Virus record (IMG/VR): IMGVR_UViG_3300017780_006605
Location: 1 to 40,092 of that record
DNA length: 40,092 bases
From: a virus
Taxonomy: Duplodnaviria; Caudoviricetes
Direction: 5' to 3' (one strand)
The translations under genes were made by a program, and so were the position numbers. Positions 1 to 12,700 of this stretch are shown here, one piece after another. Position 1 is the stretch's first letter. The number at the start of each line of letters is the position of its first letter. Under the pieces are notes generated by a model, which saw only the letters and a list, made by a program, of their open reading frames with translations, ran no database searches and was not told where the DNA came from.

Positions 1-3000
1 CCCACGGAGAATAATCACTTTCCAATAACAGTTTCTAAATTAACACAAACTTGGCTGGCAACGGCCGCGCAATTGACAGACACCACCTTCAAGTTTTCCA
101 ACAATATTGGTGTTTATGGTAAAAACGATACTGCAACTCCCAAACGTGCAATATTCCGTAAAAAAGAAGATTACTCGCTGTCGTTTAACGCAGCGAATTC
201 ACTTGGACCGCATATTCTGCAAAATCCAAACGGTAGAGCATACCATCTTTTATATTCTCAGTTTACTGTTAATAATCAAAACGCAGTTTCACCTGATAAT
301 ACTAGCCGCTTAGCTGTCATGACAGAGATAATCCCCGGTACTTACAAACGTGTGAGTGGATCTGATCTTGAGATTTCAGATTCGTCGGCGACAGAAAATT
401 ATGATATTATTTATCAATCAAAATTTGAGCTGGATGAAAGTACGGCTGCATTAAAGGAACAATATTTACCAACCGTATTAATCAATTCACCACAGGCAGA
501 TTGCTTTACTTCGTTTATGCAAACCAAAATAAATATTGGAGCATATGATTCTCCATCATCGGTGACGGTAGATTTGTTTAATAAAATATCCAACATTTGT
601 ATGAAATCCGTAATAAGCACGTTAACTGACAATGAAGGTTATTTATATGGCTATAATTATTTTAATGAAAGAATTACTCAAGAAGATATTGATTTAGACC
701 CAGAAACACTAGAACGAAAAACCGACAATCCCAGAGTAATAATATTAGATTATAAGAAGTTCGGCGGTACCGCAGATCAACCACCCGTGTACATTACACC
801 GCCAATAGGAGCAACTGGTTGGCTCGGCGTGGCACGATCTATTATGCCAGAGTTTGGCTGTACGCCAAAAGCAGAAAATATAATAGATTTTGATGAGCTA
901 AGTCAGCTACAAACAGAATTACAGACAACCTTATCCGACGATCCAGATCTTATGTACGGCCGAGACTGCCGTGAACAGGTTCCATACTTAAAGGCTTTGT
1001 CCTCGACAATGGCCGCAAACTTACAAATTAGTATAATAGCTTCCATGAGAGTTTCTATTTCAGAAACAATATTGAGATGTATACCGCTGTACAATAAGTT
1101 TGTTGTTTCTTACGATAATGTGATTGATGAACTTTATCTTGATTATATCATGAAAAAGATGGAAGAAGGACTGATCAATCAAGGTGAAGGAATTTTTCAA
1201 ATAAAAACAGACACTTATTACCTTTATTTTATAGAACAATGCGTGCAGATTGTGTCGAGAAAGTTGTTGGCGGGAGAAATAGAGCTTACACTATTAGAGC
1301 AACAAGCCCTTGATTCGATCAACGCAATGATAAAGAAGTTTTACTTTGTTAAAGAAAAGGATTATGCTCGTATATTACAGTCTTTTGCCATCTTAAATGG
1401 GCTGGAAGCGGCTCTAATTCCATTTAAAGCAAATGTAGAAAATCCAGCAGCTTCTGCTGCATTGTTTATACTATATGGTCCCCTCGCTCCGATTGTAATT
1501 AGCACAGTAACTTATACGGCATTCGTCGCTGCACTTGCAACAAGTGCCCAAGAATACCCTGCTTTAGAACCATACGTTGAAACGATTAGCGAATTATACT
1601 TAGAGTACTCAACAGTATCGCTTCTTAGCAATGAAGTGAAGAATAAAATTTTACAAAAATTAAAGGAAGTAGTAGAGATTATAGCCGATGAAAGAGTAAA
1701 AGATGTAAACGTTTCAGATCCAATTTTAAACAATGTTTTAAGAAATATAACAAGATCAGGAGCAGTAATTAAGCCACTGCTGCAAGACTTTAGAAAAGAA
1801 ATGATCCTTGAAGGTATACGACAAACAAAAATAGAAGCAAGAATATTAGTTAGAAAAATTATGAAAGAAGAATTCAGAATAATGGCCGCTAATTTTGCCG
1901 CTCACATATACACAAAACCAACAATAACAAATCTTCGTACATATTTTTTAAACACAGATACAAAGCTTATTGCTCCAAACAATAAGCTTCGATATTTTGA
2001 TGTTGCTATTGATGCAGAAGATAACCCGCTGAACTCGATAACAACAGTGCCAGCAGAACCGCTTATCGTAAACAATCCAGAAGGCTATTTTATTCTTGAA
2101 AGATATATTCGAATTCAAGATAGAGAAATACCACTGTCTGGAACGGTAATACCCGATGAAATAAAAAATAGACCTGAAAATATTAATGGGGTTGTTAACG
2201 TGACCGCATTTAAAAATTGGATATCTACTTTGTCTACGGAAACAAAACAAACGGAAATGTATAAATTATTTGGAGATTTATCAGTTACCGGCTCTTCTGC
2301 GGAAGGATTTCAACTAACTGGGTCAACTTTGGGCCTTAAATATGGTCTAAGAATGAGCCATGTACCATCTGCCGAGGTAATGCCAACGTCGTCGGCAAGT
2401 TCCGCAGGCCCAGTATCTACCGAAAAAGCGTATGCGTTAAAGCCGGCAGTTGTCGGCAAGGAATATTTATTAAATTCTCAATTTATAATTCCAGTTGCTA
2501 GTGTCGAGATAGATTTGGTTAATGAGCCGTTGAACAATTTTGATCCAACTCTCGGTACCAATATTTATAACCATGAGTGTATGGTTGCTGCTCTTGCGGA
2601 AAATGATGAATTTAGATTCTTATTTTATTATTGTTTTCCGCTACAAAAATATATGTCTGCAATCTCTGCTTTCATCTCAGAAACTTATGTAAAACTAATC
2701 GGGATTTCTGATGACTGGTCATCGCCGCCAGAAATAACCTTTACGGAGAAGGAATTTACGTTCTATGAAATAAAAGAAACTTGTCAAATTTTCTTTGAAA
2801 CATATTATAATTGGGAAGACACAAGCTACAAAAATGCCACCCTTTCTTCAAAACTAAATGGCGTAGATCCACTTATACAATCATTACAATCACTTTTGAG
2901 TCCAATCGGAACTGAAATTTATGCCAAAGATAGAATCGTGCCAAGAAGACCATTTGACGAAGAAGGACAAGATTGCGACTCACAAAAAGAAGGAGATTAA
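1..3000 (+). CDS. Large hypothetical protein, probably virion-associated; 5'-truncated by the window edge
   Basis: Frame is open from position 1 (ccc acg gag ...), so the TTG at 73 is not the real start. TAA at 2998-3000, 3 nt before the gp25-like gene. No recognisable motif. Confidence 0.8.
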   Translation, partial: PTENNHFPITVSKLTQTWLATAAQLTDTTFKFSNNIGVYGKNDTATPKRAIFRKKEDYSLSFNAANSLGPHILQNPNGRAYHLLYSQFTVNNQNAVSPDNTSRLAVMTEIIPGTYKRVSGSDLEISDSSATENYDIIYQSKFELDESTAALKEQYLPTVLINSPQADCFTSFMQTKINIGAYDSPSSVTVDLFNKISNICMKSVISTLTDNEGYLYGYNYFNERITQEDIDLDPETLERKTDNPRVIILDYKKFGGTADQPPVYITPPIGATGWLGVARSIMPEFGCTPKAENIIDFDELSQLQTELQTTLSDDPDLMYGRDCREQVPYLKALSSTMAANLQISIIASMRVSISETILRCIPLYNKFVVSYDNVIDELYLDYIMKKMEEGLINQGEGIFQIKTDTYYLYFIEQCVQIVSRKLLAGEIELTLLEQQALDSINAMIKKFYFVKEKDYARILQSFAILNGLEAALIPFKANVENPAASAALFILYGPLAPIVISTVTYTAFVAALATSAQEYPALEPYVETISELYLEYSTVSLLSNEVKNKILQKLKEVVEIIADERVKDVNVSDPILNNVLRNITRSGAVIKPLLQDFRKEMILEGIRQTKIEARILVRKIMKEEFRIMAANFAAHIYTKPTITNLRTYFLNTDTKLIAPNNKLRYFDVAIDAEDNPLNSITTVPAEPLIVNNPEGYFILERYIRIQDREIPLSGTVIPDEIKNRPENINGVVNVTAFKNWISTLSTETKQTEMYKLFGDLSVTGSSAEGFQLTGSTLGLKYGLRMSHVPSAEVMPTSSASSAGPVSTEKAYALKPAVVGKEYLLNSQFIIPVASVEIDLVNEPLNNFDPTLGTNIYNHECMVAALAENDEFRFLFYYCFPLQKYMSAISAFISETYVKLIGISDDWSSPPEITFTEKEFTFYEIKETCQIFFETYYNWEDTSYKNATLSSKLNGVDPLIQSLQSLLSPIGTEIYAKDRIVPRRPFDEEGQDCDSQKEGD

Positions 3001-3003
3001 AAG

Positions 3004-3366
3004 ATGCCGACCATCGCACCAGTATTACCCATAGTATTCGACGATATTTTTGGGGTAGCCGGCCATACGACGATTATTGGAAATGCAAAACAAAATTTAA
3101 AGAATTTACTTTTGACAAATCCAAGCGAAAGAATTGATGTAGAATACGGAGTTGGCTTAAAAACATATTTGTTTGAAAACATAACCAGTATAACGCTAGA
3201 AACAATAAAAAGCAAAATTGTTTCACAAGCTTCTAAATATTTGCCGTCAATAAACATATCAAATGTTGAAGTGAATCCATCAACTTTATCAGAAAATGGT
3301 ATAACAATTATTATTACTTTTTCTGTTTCTGGTTCTGATGCAACAAGTCTTGCTCTTTCTGTATAA
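3004..3366 (+). CDS. gp25: Baseplate wedge protein, T4 gp25/GPW-like
   Basis: 120 aa with NLKNLLLTNPSERI..YGVGLKTYLFE and YLPSINI motifs typical of the gp25 family; directly upstream of the gp6-like gene; SD AAGGAG in the end of the previous gene. Confidence 0.9.
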   Translation: MPTIAPVLPIVFDDIFGVAGHTTIIGNAKQNLKNLLLTNPSERIDVEYGVGLKTYLFENITSITLETIKSKIVSQASKYLPSINISNVEVNPSTLSENGITIIITFSVSGSDATSLALSV

Positions 3367-3369
3367 ACT

Positions 3370-3377
3370 ACTAATTA
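3370..3377 (+). promoter_or_regulatory. Putative phage late-promoter motif ACTAATTA
   Basis: The same CTA(A/T/C)TTA core recurs in intergenic gaps before structural genes (22437, 24540, 38839, 39889). Confidence 0.55.
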
Positions 3378-3402
3378 CAAATGTTAGGAACCATTTTCAT
3401 TA

Positions 3403-5199
3403 ATGCCAAAAAACCCGCCAAGCGTTAAATATACAAGTCGAGATTTTGAGTCTATTAAACAAGACTTGCTTGATTATACAAAGAGATACTATGGAGATAC
3501 TGTAAATGATTTTAGTCAAAATTCATTTGCCTCTTTGATGTTAGAGACAGTCTCTTATATTGGAGATACACTATCTTTTTATTTAGACTATCAGGTAAAT
3601 GAATCATTCTTTGATACAGCAACAGAATATAACAATGTTATTCGCATTGCTAGACAGCTTGGATATAAAAACAAGCTAGCTCCGTCATCGACAGGTGTTG
3701 CAACATTTTATATTTCGATACCTGCTGCTATAACAGGTCTGGGTCCGGATTTAAGTTATGTTCCAATTCTTTTAAGAGGAAGCCAGTTTCAGACTACAAG
3801 TGGAATTAACTTTATATTAACTGAAAATGTTAAATTTAACAATAACAATAACTTAGTTATTGCTTCAAAAATAAACGATACTACTGGATTGCCCACTGAA
3901 TATGCCATTAAGGCAAATGGAAGGGTGATTTCTGGAGCTAATTATAGAAAAACATTTACCATTGGAGCATTTGAGAAGTTCCGCAAAATTGCAATTGGAA
4001 CTTCAAACGTTGCAGAAGTAACGTCTGTTTTAGATGCAGAGGGCAATGAATATTTTGAAGTTGATTCGTTGGCACAAAATATTATTTATTCTGAAACTAC
4101 AAACCCAAATGCTCTAAACGATGGAGTACAATCGCTGTTGAAGCCGTTTGTTGTAGCAAGACGGTTTACAGTTGAAAGAACAGCAACAGATACGTTTTTG
4201 CAATTTGGACACGGATCTGACGACACAGCCAGTACTGATGGGGACATTTTTGATCCAAAAAATACTGTTTTAGAGCTACATGCAAAGAATTATTTTTCTG
4301 ATGTTGAATTTGATCCAAATAGATTAGTAGAAAACGATAAATTTGGGATTGGCCCTTCGAATACAACACTTTCTTGTGTTTATCGAGCTAATACTACAAA
4401 TAATGTAAATGCCGCTGTTGGTTCATTAAATCAATCTATATCGACAAATTTCAATTTTGCTGATGATGCTAATTTAGTAACCACTGTTAAAAATACCATA
4501 AAAGCCTCTTTAGAGGTAGACAACGAAACCCCAATTGTTGGGTACTCGTCAATATTAACACCCGACGAAATAAGGATTAGAGCTTTAAATCATTTTGCTT
4601 CTCAAAATCGTGCCGTAACAAAAGAGGATTATAAATCATTTGTTTATGCAATGCCATCACAGTTTGGTTCGATAAGAAGGTGTAGCGTGATGAAAGATGT
4701 GGATTCGTTTAAGAGAAATCTAAATCTCTATGTTATTTCAGAAGACTCAAACGGATTTTTAACCAGTACAAATGGAACTATAAAGGAAAATTTGAAAACA
4801 TGGCTTTCAAGAACAAAAATGATAAACGATACCATCGACATTCTTGATGGTAATGTTGTCAATATCGGCATAAGATTCTCTGTAAAAGCCACACAACAAG
4901 AAAACAAATATTTAGCACTATCAGATGGTATCCAAGCAATAAAAAACAAATTTGATAGAAAATTTGAAATGGGAGAGCCAATATATATAACGGATGTTCA
5001 AACTGCCTTGCAATCAGTTTCTTCGATTGCTGACGTAAAAAAAGTAACTATTTTTAACAGAGTTGGCGGTAGGTACTCGGACATAGGCTATGACATTGAT
5101 CTAAATAAATCGGCCGATGGTAGATATGTTACTATCCCTGAAGATCACTTATTCGAAATTAAATATCCAAACGCAGATATAGTAGGAACAGTATTATAA
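3403..5199 (+). CDS. gp6: Baseplate wedge subunit, T4 gp6/baseplate-J-like
   Basis: N-terminal RDFESIKQDL...SYIGDTLSFYLD..NESFFDTA...ARQLGY and C-terminal ASQNRAVTKEDY motifs characteristic of gp6. Confidence 0.9.
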   Translation: MPKNPPSVKYTSRDFESIKQDLLDYTKRYYGDTVNDFSQNSFASLMLETVSYIGDTLSFYLDYQVNESFFDTATEYNNVIRIARQLGYKNKLAPSSTGVATFYISIPAAITGLGPDLSYVPILLRGSQFQTTSGINFILTENVKFNNNNNLVIASKINDTTGLPTEYAIKANGRVISGANYRKTFTIGAFEKFRKIAIGTSNVAEVTSVLDAEGNEYFEVDSLAQNIIYSETTNPNALNDGVQSLLKPFVVARRFTVERTATDTFLQFGHGSDDTASTDGDIFDPKNTVLELHAKNYFSDVEFDPNRLVENDKFGIGPSNTTLSCVYRANTTNNVNAAVGSLNQSISTNFNFADDANLVTTVKNTIKASLEVDNETPIVGYSSILTPDEIRIRALNHFASQNRAVTKEDYKSFVYAMPSQFGSIRRCSVMKDVDSFKRNLNLYVISEDSNGFLTSTNGTIKENLKTWLSRTKMINDTIDILDGNVVNIGIRFSVKATQQENKYLALSDGIQAIKNKFDRKFEMGEPIYITDVQTALQSVSSIADVKKVTIFNRVGGRYSDIGYDIDLNKSADGRYVTIPEDHLFEIKYPNADIVGTVL

Positions 5200-6707
5200 T
5201 GGCAATAAGAAGATACTACGCAGAAAAAGACAACTCAATAACAAATGCTTTTAAAACCGATTTAATTAATTCGGGCTCTAGAGCAACTGGCTCAAATATG
5301 GGTCAAGCAGATATACTGGAAGTTTTTTCATTATACAGAACAGGCTCAGAAGTTGGAGCGTCAGAGGCGCAACAATTAATGAGATATATGATTCAGTTTC
5401 CAGTAACTGACATAATAACCGATAGAACTGCCAAGAAAATTCCAGAATCCGGAAGTGTTTCGTTCTATTTGAAGCTTTATAATGCCCCACATTCAGATAC
5501 AACTCCTTTTGATTTTACATTATTGGCGCATCCAATTTCACGTTCTTGGGAAGAAGGCCGAGGATTGGATATGGAAGATTTTTCTGACAATACGTTTGGA
5601 GGATTAGGCTCAAACTGGAAAAATGCTGCTAGCGGAACTGCTTGGACAAATCAAGGTGGAGATTTTTTAACATCATCAGGCAATACATATTCACAAGAAT
5701 TTGATACTGGTTTAGAAAACTTAAACATAAACATTACAACTCTAGTTGAACAGTGGATTTCTGGCACGCAAGCAAACTATGGAGTAATGGTAAAACTAAC
5801 TTCTAGCAATGAAGCTTATTTTTCTAGTTCTACAGGAGTAACGACAGATACTGTTCCGCATAATCCAAATGGGGCAATTACAAGTTATTATACAAAGAAG
5901 TTTTTCTCAAGATCATCAGAATACTTTTTCTATAGACCAAATCTTGAAGCAAGATGGAACGATGCCATAAGGGATGATAGATCAAACTTCTATGATAGTT
6001 CATCAAATCTACCAGCAGATCAAAATTTACACACAATCTACTTGTACAACTATTTTAGAGGCAGATTATACGATATTCCCGGTGTCTCAACCGGTTCAAT
6101 ATACGTTAGAGTATTTACAGATTCCGTAACCGGAAGTGTTTTGACGACAGCCCCAAATACTCCTGTTACTGGCGGCTGGGTAAAAACTGGTGTTTATAGC
6201 GCATCATTTGCTTTGGACACAACTTCTTCACAAGTATTTGATAGATGGTACAATAGCGGATTAACAACTTGTTATTCTACGGGTTCTATTGATATTATTA
6301 GCTATCAGAGTTCAGATCCGGCACCATATAATATCTATGTTAATAAAATTACTAATATGAAGCAATCATATTCTAAAGATGAAACTGCAAGATTTAGAAT
6401 ATTTACGAGAGATAAAAATTGGAATCCAAATATTTATAATGTTGCAAATTCGTATGTTGAGCCATCTATAATAGAGAGTGGTTCGTATAAACTTTATCGA
6501 TTGGTAGACGATTTAGAAATTGTATCGTTCAGTACAGGAAGTGAAAAATTTAGTGAACTTTCATTTGATGTTTCCGGAAATTATTTTGATTTTAATATGT
6601 CAATATTAGAACAGGATTATAGTTATGGTATAAAGCTTGCGTTTTACAACGGTGATTTAGACACCTATGTAGAGCAGCCGGAAACATTCAAGTTTAGGGT
6701 TATCTAA
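5199..6707 (+). CDS. Baseplate/tail protein with an N-terminal DNRLRE (disaggregatase-related)-like beta domain
   Basis: Motifs SWEEG, WTNQGGDF, NITTLVEQW..G..NYGVMVK and F.SR....RPNLE resemble DNRLRE-type domains; coupled to gp6 through a TAATG overlap. Confidence 0.6.
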   Translation: MAIRRYYAEKDNSITNAFKTDLINSGSRATGSNMGQADILEVFSLYRTGSEVGASEAQQLMRYMIQFPVTDIITDRTAKKIPESGSVSFYLKLYNAPHSDTTPFDFTLLAHPISRSWEEGRGLDMEDFSDNTFGGLGSNWKNAASGTAWTNQGGDFLTSSGNTYSQEFDTGLENLNINITTLVEQWISGTQANYGVMVKLTSSNEAYFSSSTGVTTDTVPHNPNGAITSYYTKKFFSRSSEYFFYRPNLEARWNDAIRDDRSNFYDSSSNLPADQNLHTIYLYNYFRGRLYDIPGVSTGSIYVRVFTDSVTGSVLTTAPNTPVTGGWVKTGVYSASFALDTTSSQVFDRWYNSGLTTCYSTGSIDIISYQSSDPAPYNIYVNKITNMKQSYSKDETARFRIFTRDKNWNPNIYNVANSYVEPSIIESGSYKLYRLVDDLEIVSFSTGSEKFSELSFDVSGNYFDFNMSILEQDYSYGIKLAFYNGDLDTYVEQPETFKFRVI

Positions 6708-6715
6708 AAAATAAA

Positions 6716-9700
6716 ATGAGTTTAAAAAACATATTTTCTAGCGCACCAAAAGTTGTTGCTTCGCAAAGTTTAAATTCTGCCGGCTCAACCGTTGAATCTG
6801 CTGATTTTATAGTAGAAAAGCAGATCGATATCCAAAGAGTAGTACCTCCGGTTGACTATAGCGAACCAAAAAACTTTGCCAAATTTGGCTTGGCTAGCAA
6901 ATATTATAACGATGCTTATGTAAGAATTTCAAGTCAATACCCATATGATGGTTCGCTAAAAGAAAAAACTCAATTCTTTAATACGTCATCTAACTTTGAT
7001 AAGTGGATATTTGACAATAAATACCCCAGATTTACTGGTTATATGACTTTTTCTCCCTCTGGCTGGGGGAATGTGTCCTCGACCAACTCTGGGTACGGAC
7101 TTCCAAGTACTTTAAATTATATTTATATCAAAGGCGGACCCAACACCTCTGGCAGCACTCTAGTTGAAAAATTTAAGTACTCTAATTTTTACTCAGAAGA
7201 ATATAAAAGATCAAGTAACTTATTTTATGATCTAGTTGATGGCGTAAGCGTTGAGTTCTGGCTTAATAAGTTTGCTTTTAATTCTTCCAAAACCCAAAAA
7301 GAAGTAATATTCGATTTATGGAACAATCAAGCTTCTTCAAGTACAGGCTATGGTCGTTTAACTATAGAATTAACTAGTTCCACTTCTGATACATCTGCTT
7401 TCTATATTACTGCACAATCCGGAACTAGTGGGTATTTTAGAGAGAAACTAAGTGTCCTAACAACTCCTACATTAACCGGATCTGGATGGCAACAATATTC
7501 TGTTGTTTTGAAAAATACAGGAGCCAACATTGACACCAAATTTTATGTTGAGGGACAACTAAATAATAGTTTTACAACTGGTTCTTCATTACAACCAGTA
7601 ACAGGTGCGATGCTCGCAACAATTGGTTCGTTAGTTACTGCCGTATCCGGAACATCTACGGCGCTTGGTTATGGAAAACTATCTGGTTCAATCGATGATT
7701 TTAGATATTGGAAAACAGCAAGAACCGAGAAAGATGTTAAATTAAATTGGTTTACGACAGTTAATGGTGGGACAAACACAGATGATGCGAACACAGATTT
7801 GGGTGTTTACTATAAATTTAATGAAGGAATCACTGACAACTCAACATACGATGCAGTTGCAATAGATTATTCCGGAAGAATATCAAACGGAACTATCGTA
7901 GGCTACGAAGCAACATCCAGAAGCACAGGTTCGGCTTTTGTTTTGGCAGGGTATACGGAACAAACAGATCCAACAATTTATGCAACACATCCAGATTATA
8001 CTTCTTCATTAGAAACATTAGTAGAAGATTCGTTTGAGCATGATACTTCAAATAACGCAGCAGTTTATAACTATATTCCACAATGGATTAGAGAAGATGA
8101 AGACAACAATGGCGAAGGACTGCTCCCCAATTTAGTCCAAACAATATCAGTATATTTTGATAACTTATATCAACAAATTAGTTATCTAAACAAGTTTAAA
8201 AACATTCAGTATACAAGCGGTTCAGATAAACCTGTCACTTTCGCAAATCGATTAATCGAAAATTATGGGCTGATAGTACCAGAACTCTTTGTTGAGTCCG
8301 ATATAGCAGAGTATTTCGCCAACAGAACAGATACCATGTTATACAGCGGTTCGCTTACCGATATAAAAAACAAAATTTATTTAAACATTTATAACAACTT
8401 AACAAACATCCTTAAAGCAAAGGGTACCGAAAAAGCATATAGAAACCTTATTAGATGTTTCGGAGTAGATTCGGAATTAATTAAGATGAATCTGTATGCC
8501 GATCAAAGCACATATACATTAAAAGACAATACATATTCTACAGCAATAAAAAAGAAGTTTGTTGATTTCAACGATTCTGATAGATTTGATACGACAGTTT
8601 ATCAATACGCTGATGCATCTATTACAAGCTCTCTTTCTTATATTCCCGGTAATACCTCTGCTTCATATATGGGCTTCACAGCAGAGACAGAAGTTATCTT
8701 TCCTAAAAAGTTTGATCAAAGCGATTCTCTTTATATCCCTTACTTGTTTTTAACTTCTTCGTTATTTGGCATGCATGAAGCAGATTCTGGTAGTGCCTCC
8801 AATCTTACATGGTACGGAACAGATGATATAAATTTTCAAGTCTACGCAGTTAGACCAGAAGCGGAGTCAAAAAATGTATATTTTCAATTACGAGATTATG
8901 CCGGTGCATATGTCAACATTACTTCATCAGTATATTCCGATGTTTATTCTAATTCCAAATGGAATTTTGCAGTAAGAGTAAGACCAGACAAATATGAAAA
9001 CATTGATTTAGTTAGTGAAACTTCTGGTTCAACATACACAATTGAACTATACGGTGTAAAAACAAGCTTAGATACTATTGAGCAAGAATTCACAGTATCT
9101 CAAAGCGTAAGCAATGCATTGGGAAAGAAATTCTTTACTAAAGCAAAAAGATTTTATATTGGTTCGCACGTTCTTAATTTCACATCCTCGCAGAACGTCA
9201 TAACAAGAACAGACACCAAAATATCAACTCTTAAATATTGGCAATCATACTTAGACAATGACGTTATAAGAGCCCACTCTAAAGATGCATCAAATTATGG
9301 CTCTTTACACGCATACAGAAACGCATATGCCCCCTCATTAACCGGGATTAGTGGAACATACGTCCCACAAATAGAAACATTAGCATTAAATTGGGACTTT
9401 ACAACAGTAACCTCTTCCGACAATGGTGATGGAAACCCAACCAATAAAGTTGCACAATTTATAGTTCCAGATGCCACTTCTGGCTCTATTGATTTGTTAA
9501 GTAGATATGGGTGGTTGGGACAAATCCTTAATCATCAATATACCGGTAGAGGAGACTTCTTTCTCCCCAACGAAACACAGGTTGTAAATACAGAATATGT
9601 GTTTGCTGCAAAACAACAACTGCCAGAAAGCTTAGATACTCTTGACTCAATCCAGATATTAAATCAAGATGATATAACTTTCAATAGAGAAACCAGACCT

Positions 9701-12700
9701 TCAAATTATTTCTATACATTTGAAAAAAGCATGTATCAAAACATTTCAGAAGAAATGCTGAACATGTTTGGAACAATAATCGAATTTAATAACTTAATTG
9801 GTGAACCCGTCAATAGATATCGTCAAGAATACAAGGATATGTCTAAATTAAGACAGTTATTCTTTGAAAGAGTTCAAAACGTTCCAAGTCTTGATAAATT
9901 TATTGATTTTTATAAATGGCTAGATTCAGCATTATCTGTATTTATAGCGCAGCTAACACCCGCATCTGCAAACGTATCAGAAAAGATTTTCAATATTATT
10001 GAAAGTCATATCCTTGAAAGAAATAAATATTGGACAAAATTCCCAACAATCGATTTCAAGGGAACAGATCCAGAATCTGGATTAGAATCAATAAATAGAT
10101 TACTTTATAATTGGAAGTTTGGCCATAGACCTCTTTCTGGTTTGCAATCAGATAATGCAGATTATTGGCTAAATAAAGCAGAAAGAACAACTGTGCCATT
10201 ATCATCAAGCATTTCTGGATCTAATTTTAGCAGAAATGCCATTTTTGCTGCCACAACTTCTGCTTTAAACAGAAGATTTACAACGCCAATGCGATATGTT
10301 GTCGATGAAGTAAAAGAATATCGATCTGGCGTTAATTTCCCAAAGAATAACAAAATTGATTTTCTTAAGATCGCTACTGCCCCCCACGGCCCAACGATTA
10401 ACGACGGAATATTCAATATTCCTGCAAACATATTGTTTGTCGGTGTGGAAAATACGTCCTCATTGTTAAAGGACATAAGCGACGTTAAATCTCCAAACGC
10501 AAAGATAAAATATAATTTTACAGCTATTCAAGGAAGAGATTATACAGATACTACACTTGGATACGGAGAGAAGTTAAAATCTAACATTGCAATTCCTGCT
10601 ACTTTCGTAAGTGGCAACATAACATCTGGCTATAATGCAGAAGTGGTTTCCGGTTTTATGAGCGGTGTAATCATAACCAACTTACATAATGATGTTTACG
10701 GCTCAGACAAAGAAAGACCAGTTCAGGGACCATTTACAAATCAATGGGTTGGTGGTTTGCAATCGAGACACGTTGCTATTAATGGAGGAACCGACAGTTA
10801 CACAACCAGACCAGAAGCTTGGAAATTATTGCTTGGACAAATTGGCACTTCTTCATATCAAGCAACATTGGGATTTGTAGGAGCAGATTATCCATATCCA
10901 GAGGGAAATCCAACAGAACCATCATATCCTGTCTTGGTTCACAAGAGAGCATATTACTACAGAGAAGAAACCGCAAAAAGACCCGTTAATATACGGAATA
11001 TCCAATCGGTTACATCATCTAATAATTTGGGCAACTATACTTCAAATTATGAAGTTGTACATTCTGTTGGCAGAACCAACAATAATATGCTTCTTATTGA
11101 GCAAACAGGTGCAGCAATTAATTTATATCAAACAGAATTAAAAGAAATATTAAGGACCGCTCCAAACGACTATAGAATCGATTTTAGCCTACCCACAAGA
11201 ACGGTCAATAAAAGTATCATAGGTAATCGCTTCTCGGCTCCCGGCGAGGTTAGAACGCTTTCTAGAGGGTATCTAAATAGATTTGCGGAAGAAATGTCTC
11301 CCTACAATGCGATGCCCTTCAGAAACAAACAAATCATCGGCGATGCAAGAAGAATTTCGGATACCTTGACCGTAGAGACAACAACGACTAATCAATATAT
11401 ATATCCTTCGATAATAAGCGGCACAAATGGAATAACTTATAATTCGTTATTGGCAAGATCATCAGTATTTGGCGGTTTTATGAGCGGATCTTCGGTTGTT
11501 CCATCAATTCATAAAGTAAACAAAAATACAATTTACAAATCTATTGATTCTGGAATAACACCCGTATATGACAACGGATTTATTTCACATCAAATTCCAA
11601 GAAAAGATTCTGGTTATGCTTGGATTACGGCATCTTTGATACAAGGAGTTGTAGGTGGAAACATAGTTAATTTTGGTTTTGTTAATAATTTTGTTACGGC
11701 TCCAAGTGGAACCACTTCCATGGTTCAAACCTTGCCTCTTGTTACAGTATCTGATGTTGGACTAAATGCAGCTAGAACTTTTGTTTTAACCGGCGCTGTT
11801 ACAACGGTTGATTCTGTAGGGTTAAACACCATTATTGTGGAAAGTGTGACAGTCGATACTCTCGGAATATCTACAGCACCTTTATCTACTTTAACAAGCT
11901 CCGTAGTAGCGAGCCTCCCTACTGCGAACATCGCAGGCTTATTCAACGCATTAATGATAATGAGAAATGGGTTATATCAATACCCGACCTTTAAACAAAT
12001 AAATCGCAATGCACATCCCGTTGTAAGATACCAAATTAAAAACAGTCAATTTGGTACAGAAAAGTCCTTAGTACAAGGAGTGAATTCGCGCAATGAAACT
12101 CTTGTTGGCAAAAAACAAAATGTATTTTTTACAGAACCTTTCGTCGTTTACAGAAAACCGATAAAAACGTCACTTGGCTATGATGATGGAAAAAGTGCAG
12201 CAAATGTTCAATTTACATTTAGCAATCAAAACGAAAATGAATATTTTTGTAATGATGAATTTACTTCTTTACTTGGCCTGATCAAATGCGAGAATGAATC
12301 ATATAATAAAATTTCTAAGCTTTATTTAAACGGTGCCCTACAAAGCAGTTTAAGCCCGATCAGCAAATTCAATTCTTTAAGATATGAAGAAGATGTATAT
12401 CCATCTGCAATCAATAGGTTCAAAGCAATAATAAGAAGACGCTCCAATTTTGACAATCAATTCTGGAGGGATTCCCAAACAGATAGAATAGCAGATAATT
12501 TATCTTCGTCCTTCGGATCCACAACAATACCCAGCCAGAGTATGTGGCCCCTTGACGCCCCAAGTGATTTTGCCACAAGAACTACGTTCGGAGCAAGTGC
12601 CACCGGTAATGGAGCAGGAATATTACAAAACAATCATTCGTTCTATTATTCTACAGAAGCATCTGCAAGTGCTTTAAAGATTTCTCCACTTTATGCAAGA

